NCBI GenBank assembly: GCA_028534125.1
Contig: CM052817.1
Coordinates: 37,698,001-37,762,000 of the forward strand
Direction of reading: 5' to 3'
DNA: 64,000 nt
DNA from: Lama glama
Lineage: Eukaryota
In this document: positions 50,706 to 63,070 of the stretch, piece after piece
Numbering within the stretch: the stretch's first letter is position 1
Layout of the letters: every line of letters begins with the position of its first letter
Made by a program: the position numbers and the translations under genes
Notes under the pieces: model-generated
Seen by the model: the letters and a program-made list of their open reading frames with translations, nothing else
What the model was told of the DNA's origin: nothing
The model's database searches: none

Positions 50706-52233
50706 GGGTGTTGGGCCTCTGGGTTGTGATTAGGATGGCATTTTGATTATATTAGATCTGGAATCCAGAAATAACTGGATCCAGCCTCAGTGAAGAATTC
50801 CGATGAGCTAGAAAGGACCCCACCAGGAACTCTTTACATAGGCCTGAGCATCTTAGGACTAAAAGGGGTTAAATGCCTGCTGTGCTTGCTTCTCCACAGT
50901 GTGGATCTGAATCCTATTCCTGTTACTCCACATCTGCCAACAAGGGGCTGAGGGGAGCACAAGATAGAGGGGAAAGAACTAGAGAGCATTTGTCTCAGAA
51001 CCTAGTTGGGGCAGGCATGGACTGCATGTCCATCACCAAGCCGCATGGGGGAAGAAGCCAGAGACCTGGAGAGAGAGCCCAGAGCGGAGCCCACCTGTGG
51101 GAAGCATGTGGCGTGGGCGGGGTGGAGGTGGCGGGCCGGCTCAGGAAGGACCGGCCCGGGGGCACTCTGTCACTTCTCTTGAGAACTGAGGGAGAGGTAG
51201 AAGGGAGTACACACACATAGACACGTTCCCTTGGTAAAATTTCAGAATCTCCCATCCAGCAGGGTGGCCCATAAAACTGTCATCATAATCTATAGCAACC
51301 ATCATGGTGGACACAGTACTGAAGAGAAAGTCATGAGAAGATGGGGTTTCCTAACGTGGCTTCCTTCCAGGTGGGCTGGGAGTGAAGGGGGAGAGTGAGC
51401 AGGGCTTTAATTCTGGGTCCTTTCCTGTTAGGCCTTATTGTCTGGCAAGAATGACCCTCAACTGAAGCATGAAGATGCATGTAGGGGACCAGTTAATCTA
51501 TTTTTATTTCTTATTAGGAAGGTATGTCACTTTAATGCTTAGACTTTGAAAAGCTCTTTGTAGGGTTGTGGTTTATGCTTTTCCTTATAATTTTATTCTG
51601 TATTTTTCAAGTATGTACAAGTATTCTTACTTTTTCTTGAAGGCGAGAAGTGGTCTATTTTTTACCTGACACATAGAATGTGGCTAGGGACTGTGACTAG
51701 GTGTGAATGTCCTCTCCAGCTTCTAATTTGGGTCTCTAACCACTTCCTTTCCAGCTGGGATTCTTAAAAACAAAGAGCAAACAAAGTAATATAGTCCCAA
51801 TGAGTAGGTTATTTCATTTTCTGCACATAGTGGTTTGTTAATGGCAAGCATATCTGTTTTTTCTTAATAGGAGAGAAGTTTGATTTAGACTTTTACGTAT
51901 GAAATTGGTTCACAGAGTTTATTTCTGAAGATATTTCTCAGAGTAAGAGTAGTAAGAATACGTTCACAGATTCTAGGCATGCAAATTACCCTGACAGTAG
52001 GTCCTGAGAAGGAATGATGAAGGTTGGGATCCTGTGACACCAGCAGGCAGAGCAGTGTAGGGCAAGCAGAGTTCTTAGGAAGCATTTATCATCAGGGGCT
52101 GTGGCCAACTCTCTCCCTTCTCCCCTTCTCTTCCCTAAGTAGGTACCTGATTTCCAAGCATCCTTTGTGGGCAGAATACTCTTCCCACTTCCCCTGGCCA
52201 AATAAAAATATCCCTTTACCCTTGTTAGCTTTG

Positions 52234-52410
52234 CAGTGTGGGCTTTGGAGCCAGACTTCACAGGTTCAGATTCTTGCACCGCCATGCACATGACCTTGGC
52301 AAGTCACTTAATTTCAGTATTTTTCCCTCTTGGGTGAGGATTAAGTGAGATAATTAATGTAAAGTGCTTAAAGAAATGCTGGGAACTTTTTTGGTGCTCA
52401 GGAAAGGTAT
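52234..52410 (+). mobile_element. MIR SINE
   Basis: GGCTTTGGAGCCAGAC...TGACCTTGGCAAGTCACTTAA...GTGAGGATTAAGTGAGATAAT...GTAAAGTGCTTA. Confidence 0.85.
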
Positions 52411-54273
52411 GTACTCTCTCTATATTTACAATTACTATGGGAGTCAGCTTTCCCAAGGCGACTAGGTTTTGAAGCAATTTGGACACACTGTAAGATCGTA
52501 TGTTTTGCTTTTTGGTTCAGGAAATATATCACAATATCTGTTACTTCTGAGATGAAGGCACCTGAAAACCACAATTTAATAAGGAATATTACCCATGAGG
52601 GGTTTCAAAATAAGTTATTATCTGTCCAATTGATCTTAACCTCCTGCTGGATCAACATACTTGCACAAAAACACAAGTTTAAAAAACCTCTCTCTATAGT
52701 CTCTACTTATTCTGGCTAGTTGCTCAGGATCCCCTTCTTTCTTGTATTTCTCTTTCCCCATTTGTTGTTCGCACATTGTAGTTTGGGCTCCCTTTTACTT
52801 GGTCCAGGATTCTAGGATTTGATGCCAGTTTGAAATTTGCTTCTGGCTGCTTCAGATTTGATTACCTTCAAGATAGCTTTCTTGTAATTTTGGGTATTAG
52901 TACCTCTGCCGTGTCCCAGCTCTTCTCATCCTTTTGGTTATACGGTCTCCCTACTGATTGCAGGGGCAAACCTGGGCGTTCCTGAGTCAGAGCTGCTGGG
53001 AGACACTCTCCTGGGACGTGGACCTTGGTTTACCCATCCTGGCAGGAAGCAGCAGTGTCTGGGGTTTGTAACCCTGGTGGGCAGGCAGATTCTTAGTCTT
53101 CAGAACTGGGGTGGAGTCAGGAGGATATAACAAAACTCCATGGCAGTGACAAAAGAGCTTCCCGAGGGACATGGTAGATCTTTCCCACCAGATGCTTAGT
53201 GATCATTGACCAAGTGGGTGCCTCTGTCTGGCAGGGATGTGAGCCCCTCACTTTGGTTGTGCCACGTCTCTCCTGCCGTGAGTTGCTGTTAATGTGAAAG
53301 TAAACTTTGTCATGCACCTGCGTTTAAGGAACTTGTATTTGTTTGTGTCCATTTTTCAACAATCACAGCACTGTCACCCTTGTGATCGTGGTACCCCATT
53401 CCAGTCTCTGGTCCACACAACTCAACTCATGCCTGGGAGATCCTTCAAGACCCTGAGAGGGAGCCAAGAATGCAGACATTCACAGGGACTGGTCTGCATC
53501 TTTCCTGACAGACAAAAACAAACAAGCAGTAGTTTTGAGGTCCTAGGGAATTTAGCTAGACAGTGAGCTTTTGGAAGTCAGGGACTCTATCTTACTCATC
53601 TTCTCCCCCACCCCCCGACCCCTCCAATACCTAGCACGATATCTGGTACATTGTAGTGTTGGAATTTCAGGAACTAAATTAATGACACTTCTTACTTTCC
53701 TTCTTAAGTTGGGAACCGATTAAGAGATAGACAAAGGAGTCAGGCAGCTGGAAGTCAACAGGCTGCTGCTCAGATTAGAAAAAGACATCTTCTTTTTCTT
53801 CCTTTGGACACAAGACTTAGAAGAAAACACCCACTCCTGGAAGATGATTGTAAAGAGGGACTGCTTCTGGGTGGATGGGTTAAAAGAAAGGTGCTGGGAA
53901 GCTGGCTTGGTGTGCAGAATCTGGGCTGGATTTAGTCCCTGATTGTTCCCAGGGCCAGTGCCTTTGTGCACGTGCCTCTGGAGATCAAAGCAAGAGGATG
54001 CTTTATATTTTTGTTTTGTTTTTAATAATAAAAGTTGAATTAGTGCATATTGCATAGATATACCTTCACAATGGACTTTCTAATAATCTCTCATTAATTG
54101 AATGTATCATTTAAAATAGTAGGATTCTCCTTGTAAGAACAGAACCTAGTCCACTACACTTACCACATAATAGAGAATCAGCCAGGATCTGCCCTTCCTG
54201 CACTGGCAGATACGAAAACTTGAGGCTCAGAAGAGCCTCTGCCAAGTTTGCTTTTGAAACAAAACAGGGCTTT

Positions 54274-54899
54274 TGAAAACGAGCAGGACGCTGGTGGAAC
54301 CTTCTTGGGGATAGACCCCTGGTGTCCCCCACCTCTTGTTTATGGAAAAACTCTAGCCTCCAAGGACTTCCCCGAGTTCCAAAGGGCAAATTTAATCAGA
54401 GAAGGGGGAAAATGCACAAAGGCAAACCGTCAAGCAGGACAAAATAATAATAGTTTAGCCATAAAACAAATTCAAGGACCCTTAGTTCCTCCTCAAGGAC
54501 TATAGATAATATCCTGACCCATATCCTTGCATTGTTTTGCAGATACTAAAACCCCTACCAGGTGGAAGAAATTAACTGCATGCTGACCACCAGCATGTAG
54601 ACCCCAGATAGATTAGAACTAGAAAGTTGGTGCCTGAGATTCCTGAAACATCACCCTCTTGCCTCACTACCAACCAATCATAAAATTGAGCACCAGCTGA
54701 TGACACTCCCTGTGACCCTGTCCCTCGCACAGCCTTTAAAACCCTTTCCTTCAGTCATCAGGAAGTTTGGGTCTCTTGAGCAGAAGCTCTCAAGAGCTGT
54801 TCTCCTCGCTTAGCCCTGCAACCAGTGCTGTACTTTCCTTCACCACCGCCTGGTGTCAGTGGATTGGTTGTGAGCGGACCCAAGTTTGGTTCGGTAACA
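54274..54899 (+). mobile_element. ERV1 solo LTR (MER41-like, artiodactyl type)
   Basis: TG...CA termini, 4-bp TSD CTTT (54270-54273, 54900-54903), CCAATCA ~54674, TTTAAAA ~54735, terminal GCGGACCCAAGTTTGGTTCGGTAACA. Confidence 0.88.
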
Positions 54900-55906
54900 C
54901 TTTCTCCCAAATATACTTCCTTTCTTTCCCTTGGATGGAATGAGTGAGGGGTGGGCCAGGGGAAGACCAGGGAAATTATCGTCTTGGAAGTTCTTACTCA
55001 TGGAATCATGAATCCAGGAAAAAGGAGGTTCTCAGTAACATAGTACTCAGCTAATATTTCCTGAATGAGTGAATAAATTTTAAGAAGAATCCGATGTGCA
55101 GTTTATTGTATACATGTAGTGAAGAAAGAACAATCGTAGAATAGTTAGGAGGCAAGTTTCATGGCTTAAATGAACGTTTTGTGACTTGCTGATGTATCGG
55201 GAGTATGTAAACCATACTTGGCTTGTTATCTGGAGGTTTTGTTAAACTTTGACATTGGAGGTGGGGGATTGACTACTGATAAAGGAATAGAAAAAGGGCC
55301 TTTTGTAGGGCTTATCTGTTCAAAGAGTGAGCTGGAAAGTACTCAAGATATGTTGATTTTGGTGGAGAAAGATTAATTGACGCATTTGGAAACCATTCAA
55401 ATTTGACTAGAAGGAGAGGAGATAAGGAGTTAGAGCAATGATTTCTTAACTTGGGTACATTTGAACCGACTTTATCTCTAGTGGATATAATGAGAGTTAA
55501 CTTTTATTCCTTGGTAGGGAAAAAAAAGATACACCCCATGAATTCTCAAGTTGCTGCTTCAGAAGGATGTATCTTTTCCTTTCTGGTATCAGCCAGAATG
55601 CTACACAAGAGAATGATAGAAGCAGTGAGAAGGCTTATTTTGGGCCCTTTTTGGGACTCTGTGTGTGTCTTATTTATTATGCATTAATTACATTAATTAG
55701 GATTAATTATTTCATATATACATTAATTAATTCATATTAGTTTATCAACTTAGTCAAGGATTTTAAGGTTCTAAAACACATGAAACAAATGAATTTTGGT
55801 GGTGGGGAAAAGATCAGCTGTTGGGTTGGGAGTGGGTGACAGTGAGGTGAAGATGGGCACCCCGGAGACAGGGTGAGAGCAGTACCCACTTGGAGGTATC
55901 TGAGAC

Positions 55907-56420
55907 TGAATTAGTAATCTGTTGCCACACAAACAACTCCCTCAAGGTTTAGCGACTTAAATAACGGTCATTATTTAGCCCATGGTTAAGCTGTGGGATC
56001 AGCTTGGTGGTTTTCCTTCCAGTCTTAGCTGGGCTTACTATGAGTCTGTGGTCACCTGCTGCTTCTAGATAAATTGGGGGGTCCGCTGGGGGGTTGGCTG
56101 GTCTCAGGTGGCCTCCCTCACATGCGTGGTGGTTGGCTGGCTGTTAGGGTATCTTGGTCCTCCTCTATTGGCCTCTTGTCCTCTCGCAGGTTACAACAGG
56201 CCTGTGAAGTGTTGGTTCCAGGTTTCCAGGTGCAGCAAGGGAGCAAGCACAAGCACTTTTAAGCCTCTGCTCTGCATCAGGTTCGCTAATGTCGCACTTG
56301 GCAGGTCACGTGGCCAAACTCAATTCAAAGGGTGGAGAAATAGAATCTCTTTCTTGATGAGAGGATCTGCACTGCCACAGGGAAGGGAAAGATTTGATGC
56401 CATTTTTACCATCTGCTATA
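55907..56420 (-). mobile_element. MaLR solo LTR (MLT1H-like)
   Basis: GGCCTCCCTCACATGCGTGGTGGTTGGC...AAGCACTTTTAAGCCTCTGC...GTCACGTGGCCAAAC...GGGTGGAGAAATAGA. Confidence 0.82.
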
Positions 56421-57339
56421 GGACTCTAGACTGCTGTGCAGGCTGCAGGCTGGGGAGAAGGGAAGAGAGGGGTGTGCAGAAGGGGACACGTCTACTTCAG
56501 AACTTTTCCTGGGGCTGCCCCTAACTTGGGCTGAGTGCCATTGTGCAGTGAAAAGAAATCTGGCAGACTCAGAAACTAAAGTTAATACCAGAAATTATTG
56601 GGAAAGGGAAAAGTAACAGAGGAAAGGAGCGTGGCTGATTAGAGGATACATGTTGCAAACATATTTTTAAATGTTGCACAAGACAGCCTTAAATATTATT
56701 TCAACTCAGTCCAGTAATCTAGATCTGCTAATACCCTCCCTTTATCTGGATGGGGAACTGGGTTAGAGGATGTTACCCAAATCATAAAATTGTGTGCAAG
56801 GAGCTTGAGAAAACCAGGAATCATACTTATTAAAGCTGAAACTAGGCATTGATGAAAAAGTGTCATTTCCTTTCTTGTTGTGGAAAACTGTGGTGAGAGT
56901 TGACATCTTACATTAGTTTCTTTTTTTTATCAGTTGTGTCAAGAGAATAAAAGGACAATGTATTTGGCCAATATTACTGAACTGTGTATATTGGAGCCTT
57001 AATGAGATGATTAATGATCTGAGCGGAGCCTCGTTTCAGAAATGGAAGGAGGTGGGGAATGGTGTGAGGGAGCTGCTGCTCCTTCAGTGAGCTCGTCTAC
57101 CAAGGGACTCAATTAAGACAGCAGGTGGAGCCACGGGAAGAACTTGGCTCACTTTCTTCTCTTCTGGGCCCGGTAGCCTCAGATCTTGCGGCCTCTCAGT
57201 CCCAGCTTCCTCTCAGTAAGTTGAGGATGTTATTATTTGTGACTTAGACTATTGAGGAATCTGCCTTAAAATCAAGGCTTAGAGTTTACATCACCCAAAA
57301 CTCCTCTACCTCTCTTGTCTTTGTGTTTGTTGATTTTTT

Positions 57340-57490
57340 TTTATAATTGACATTTTTTAAAGAGTAGTTTTAGGTTCACAGCAAAATTGAGGGGAAGGTA
57401 CAGAGACTTCTCATGTATCCCCTGCCCACATACATGCGTATTCTTCCTCCAGTATCAACATGCCTAACCAGAGTGTACATTAGTTCAATT
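57340..57490 (-). mobile_element. L1MC1-like 3' terminus
   Basis: AGAGTAGTTTTAGGTTCACAGCAAAATTGAGGGGAAGGTACAGAGAC. Confidence 0.8.
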
Positions 57491-57527
57491 TTTTAAAAAG
57501 CTTTATCTTGAAATAATTTAAGTTTCT

Positions 57528-58061
57528 GAGAGTTTTCTCCAGATATATGCCCAGGAGTGGTACTGGTGGATCATATGGTGAATCTATTTTTAGTTTTATG
57601 AAGAAGCTCCATACTGTTTTCCATAGTGACTGCACCAAACTACATTCCCACTGACAGTGTAGGAGGGTTCCCCTTTCTCCACAGCCTCTCCAGCATTTAT
57701 CATTTGTGGACTTTTTAATGATGGCCATTCTGACTGGTGTGAGGTGATATACCTCATTGTAGTTTTGATCTGCATTTCTCTGATAATTAATGATACTGAG
57801 CATTTTTTTCATGTGCCTATTTGCCATTTCTTTGGAGAAATGTCTGTTTAGGTCTTCTGCCCATTTTTTGATTGGGTTGTTTGTTTCTTGTTATTGAGTT
57901 ACATGAGCTGTTTGTATATTGTGGAAGTTAAGCCTGTGTTAGCTGCATCATTTGCAAATATTTTCTCTGGTTCTGTAGGTTGTCTTTTTGTTTTGTTTAT
58001 GGTTTCCTTTGCTGTGAAAAAGCTTATAAGTTTAATTAGGTCCCATTAGTTTATTTTTGCT
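57528..58061 (-). mobile_element. Younger L1 ORF2 C-terminal fragment lacking 3' UTR
   Basis: Minus ORF peptide [47 protein letters not shown]...[12 protein letters not shown], the L1 ORF2 cysteine-rich domain. Confidence 0.93.
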
Positions 58062-58249
58062 CTAGTTGATGTCAACTGACTTCCTTTATTCCACTTAACT
58101 ACTTATTTCAGACTCTTGACATCTCTTTCTTAGATTTCTACAGAAACCTCTTTAAATATTCTACTCCTTGCCTCCTACCTTTTATCCTTTTAATTTATCC
58201 TTTCTAGTACACCAAAGAATGTCTCTGGTGCACTATATTCTGCATTATT

Positions 58250-58880
58250 AGAAAGATATGGGTTTTGGAGCAGAACAAGCTCTGCCCTACAGTTATGTGT
58301 TTTCTCCAAGTGACTTCATTTCTTTCAGTTTCAGCATTTAAAAAAAATCTATAAAATGAAGATAATAATACCTGTACTTGTTTCTTATGTATAAAATGTG
58401 CTCAAGCATGATCATGGGTAATTATAACCAGTATACTACTAATAGTGTTAAATTATGGACTGGGCATTGTGCTAACTGCTTTATGTGCACTACCTCATTC
58501 ATCTTCATTTACCTTCGGATGGATTTTATTATCCCCATTTTCCAGATGATGAAATGAGGCACCATTTGCACAAAGTCACATAGCAAATAAAGTGGTGGGA
58601 ATTCAAGCTTAACCACTTGGCCTCCTAAGCACCTGCTTTAACCACACAACTACGGCTATTATTAGAGAGCGTGAAAAGTGAGAACACTGTGGAACTTAGC
58701 CCCAGTTCTTAGAGACTAGATGAACTTGGATGAGTTTCTTAAAGTTTTTGAGAATCAGTTATTTTATCTGCAAAATGAGGATATAATACTTCTAACATGG
58801 TAAAGGGAAATAATGAGAATGGATTATATAAAGTAAATGGCATGTACTATCCCTCAATAAAGGGTATCTATGATTATCAT
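58250..58880. mobile_element. Cluster of three MIR fragments (+, -, +)
   Basis: MIR cores at ~58260-58400 (+), ~58450-58650 (-; ATCCCCATTTTCCAGATGATGAAATGAGGC) and ~58700-58880 (+; ATCTGCAAAATGAGGATA). Confidence 0.75.
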
Positions 58881-59092
58881 TATTTCTAAATTAAGAATTC
58901 AGTTATTTATCTGCACTGTTTAAAAGTCCTGTTGTTCTCGCTCAGTGTCATCAGGATAAAGCCCACTCTCTTTAGCATGGCCCACTGAGCCACGCATTAA
59001 TGCCCCCTCCCCTCATCTTCCACCCTGAGGTTTAATAATAATCACTTGTAGTTCCCCAAACATGCATTGCTTTCTTATAACTCTGCTTTTTT

Positions 59093-59246
59093 AAAAAAGA
59101 AATTTTTAAGGCTTTTTTGGGGGGACAGGCGGCAGGTAATTAGGTTTATCTGTTTTTTTTTTTTTTAAATGAAGGTACTGGGGATTGAACCCAGGACTTC
59201 TACGCATGATAAGCACATGTCCTACCACTGCGTTATACTCTCCCCC
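59093..59246 (-). mobile_element. tRNA-Ala-derived SINE (Vic-1 type)
   Basis: Minus strand GGGGGAGAGTATAACGCAGTGGTAGGACATGTGCTTATCATGCGTAGAAGTCCTGGGTTCAATCCCCAGTACCTTCA; TSD TATAACTCTGCTTTTTT (59076-59092, 59247-59263). Confidence 0.93.
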
Positions 59247-62200
59247 TATAACTCTGCTTTTTTTTAAAGGCTGCTTCCTTGGCCTGGAAAACCACCCCTC
59301 CTTCTCTGGTCTCCACCCCAACATTTTTAATTTTGGCTAACTCTTACCCTTCACTGTTTGGATCTCCCCCTGCTTTTTTTTTTTTTAAAGCCATATTTGG
59401 TTAACATACCAACTTCCCCAATTATAATTGAATGATTTTTCTCAGATGCCTTTGTAAGTGGGCATACATCCATTGACTCTTGTTCCACAGTTGTTTTACT
59501 GGTCATTTTTCCTAGACTTGAGCTATTAGGGGGGTGAAGCCTGTGTCTTTATTGTTGGTATTCCAAGACCTTAGCACGATGTAGGAGCTCAAGGAATGTC
59601 TGATGTGTGAGGATTAAATGCAGTAATCATAGATACAAAGCCCGGTTTGTGGCAGGTATTTAATAGTAAATATTTCCCAACATTTTAATGATTTTGTGTA
59701 TTTATCACATAATATATTCTATTTTAATAATATTTATTTAATTATTTATCATACAAGGGTGATGTTTGTGGCTCAGCAGTCTTCAAATTAGCCTTTGTTC
59801 CCTTGTACGCATTTCAGAACTTAAGCAACATGTTTAGTGAAGCCTCTCTGCTACAGTTTATTCTGTAGTCTTACTTTTTAGCTGAAGTAATTATAAAGTG
59901 ATTCTGCAAATTGCTTATTTTCCTCATTGTCCAGACACAGGGAGAGTCTCCAATTATTTGGATTTTTTTTTTTTTGAGCACACTCGCTAACCAAATGTAA
60001 TGTCTTTTGTTGTTAACTAATCGAAAATAAGGGCATTTCCATTAAATCAAACTAAAAAGAATCAGCAAGGATTATGCAAAATGACATAAAGAAACAAACA
60101 TGACAAGCAACACAAAGAAGGCTGGAGATCCTTTTAGAAAGGTACCATTTGCCAATCTGATCTGTCTTCTCTTTTGAGGAAGATTCAGTGCTGGGAGCCC
60201 CTGCTGGGGAGAAGGTGGGGGAGGGAGGGGGACTGACAGGGACACAATTTAAATGTTTTGACAGCTTAGTCAAAGGGAGTGAATTGCCACAGGCGTTTGC
60301 ACATTTTAACCCCTGCTGTAACAGCCAGGATTCTTTCTTGCATGATCTAAATCCAAGAATTAGCTGTTTGGAAAACTGACCTGTCTCATGCCTGGCACAA
60401 AAAACGTAAAAAATATCAGGTAAGCAAGAAATTGAGTACACTCAAGTCTCTGTTAGGTAGCAGTAATTTATTTTATTTTAATTTTCTTACTTCTATTTTT
60501 CATTAGATTGTTATCCCAGGCATAACCAAGAGTGCGAGAGCACTGTGCCTTGTTCTCTTGTGCCCCGTGTGTAAAATTTCAAAAACACATTCTGGTAGGA
60601 TGAACAGATTTAATGGTAAGAAATTAAAAAGTCCACTATGATTTAGCTCTAAAGTTGGCTGAGTGAGTTCTTTGCAATTTGTAGGTGCTTCAGGTCATTT
60701 CTTTTGTCAAAAAAAAAAAAATGCTTGTTGGAAGAGGCAAGTCAATCCACAGTTAACTTCTCATTTTTGGAAGAAGGTATGGTCTTTTAGGATACTGGGA
60801 ACTTTCTGTCTCTTCCTCTCCCTCTTTTTCCTTTCTCTCTCCCTCTATCTCTCTCTCATCATGGCACGTAGCTAGAAATGGGGTAAGGAGTAGAAGAAAA
60901 GAGGAGTATGGTATTTGGGACATTGACTTCACATAGCATTTCATTCTACAAGCAGGATATGTGTTGTTGGACTGACTATTGTTTGAAGTGAAATCCAGTG
61001 GCACTAGGCTTTGGGTAATGTTGTTAAATTTCAACCCACAATTCACAATCACCAACCGCTGTGCTAGGCACAGGGGAAGATTTAAGAGCACTAAATGTCC
61101 ATCTGCTCTGTGTCCCTGTAAAGGAACCAGGCAGGACTGTGCAATTCAGCAAACAAAGTGTCTGCTTAATAACTTATTAAGCTAATAAGAATTTCTGTGA
61201 ATAAACAAGGCCAGCATGAAACCATTTAAAATGCATCCTCTTCTGGATTTAAATATTATACTCGTATTTTGAATCCATTGTAAATTTTGGGAAGGTTTGA
61301 TTTCTAATAAACTGCAGCATTTCCCCCTTCTCTTTCATTACAGTTTTTCTTTCTTGTGGCTTTTCATTTAGAATGACTTAAACTCCATGATTTCCTTCCT
61401 CCTGACTTTGTAGTAAAGAGAACGAACTGAAAATGCCGAGAACCTAGAGAACCAAGCCGTCCAGTGTTGAACAGAGAGTGCTTATTGCTCTGCTTGTTGG
61501 ATTGGTGGTTCATGGGGTTAATTTGAACTTCTTGCCTCCTTCAGATTGTAAGACAACTATGTTCTAGCAGTGGTACTTGCCTCGAAATCGCTCTTTCCAT
61601 TGTATTGGACTAAGTGGTTGCTCAGCCTTGAGAACAAATGAGCCTCCATAAGCACTTAGCTCCCTCCTGGGGAGAGACTTCCAGAAGGTTCATTCTGTGT
61701 CACAGCTAGGGACAACACTCAAACAATGGGCAAGAACAACACCAAATATTTTTAAGGGGAGACTAATTAGCAAGAGGAACTTTGGCTGCAAGTTGTAGAA
61801 TAGAGTTTTAGAGGTGGGAATAATAGTGGTAAAGGTTTTTATCCCTCCACTTCATAACTTTCATAGTAAAATGCGCCAGCTTCAATGCTGTCTCTGGCAA
61901 ATTGAACTTGGGGTCAGGATGATGGTGATTGTCTGTTAATGCCCATGGCCACACATTCTATCACTTTTATTTCTAAATGTTTGTTTTCTTCATCCTGTGC
62001 TAGAGTGGAAGGAAGTATCTGCAGATGAAGATTTCTGGATAACTGTCAAGCTGTGTTCACTCACTTATTTATCCTTCATTTATACGGCCCGTCAGGCTTC
62101 TTTGGGACGCTCACTCTTTGTCAAGTACAGTATTAGTCAATACTTTGCCTTCAGCACCCTTTCTCGCTTTGTGAACTAAAGTGAGGTGCAGTGGGGTGAG

Positions 62201-62614
62201 CTGGTCAAGGGCGATGATGAAGGAAGAAAAGACATATTTTCAGGGACCAGTATGACATTTGGTGCAAGAAAATATTCTTAGTATGTTCTTCCAGAGATAA
62301 TAGATAATAGAAATTGCTGAATAACATTTAGACACATCTATGCTTTTTGAGGGACAACTGTTGAGCCTCTGTTAATAATAAGTTCAATTTAAATATTTTG
62401 TTTGGGTTTCATTTCACTATACAATAATAGGTAAATTAATTTGTATTGTTTTTTAAAAGCAGTATATATGGACCAGCCTTGGAATGTCTCAATTATTGTA
62501 TGTACAAGCTATTTTAACACTGATTAATCGCTCGCAGAGATTGTCCCCCAACAATCTGTAGAATTTTCCATATTAACCAAGAAAAAAATTAGCCAAATGT
62601 GGCATTAAATTAAT

Positions 62615-62939
62615 TGAGCAAGAGACCATTGCACTGCGGTGGCCTTAATGCCATGTGGCCTGAGTAAGCAAAACAAAATCTAAATCTGCAGATGCCTCAA
62701 GGTTACAAAATCAGAAAGCTTAGGACAACTAATCACAAATGGCCAACTAGGCCTTAAGCTATAGCCAGTCAAGTAGTTTCCTTTCTTTATTTTTGTACTT
62801 TCTCTGAATATGTCTTTCCCTTGGCTCCTGTCTGCAGAGCACCCTTAACCACTTCTGGTTTGGTGCTGCCTCATCTAAATCAATTTTTGCTCAAATAAAC
62901 TTCTACTATTTTAAATATGTCTCAGATTATCTTTAAACA
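62615..62939 (+). mobile_element. Old ERV1-class solo LTR
   Basis: CAACTAATCAC...TATAGCCAGTCAAG...TTTTTGCTCAAATAAACTT (AATAAA 62894-62899)...TCTTTAAACA, a MER4-group-like 3' end. Confidence 0.65.
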
Positions 62940-62954
62940 ATTTGTATATAGCTA

Positions 62955-63070
62955 TTTCATTCATTTCTAACAAATAATTACTGAATGTGTGTGATGTGCC
63001 AAAAACATTCAGAGGTGAATGAAATTGAATTCTTAATGGAAATAAATACAAGATACACTGTAAAGTTAAA
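62955..63070 (-). mobile_element. L2 3' terminus
   Basis: TTCATTCATTTCTAACAAATAATTACTGAATGTGTGTGATGTGCCA. Confidence 0.7.

Noticed and set aside
57480..57827. 115-aa ORF with Cys-rich motif
   Set aside because: It is a frameshifted L1 ORF2 C-terminal remnant, not a host gene.
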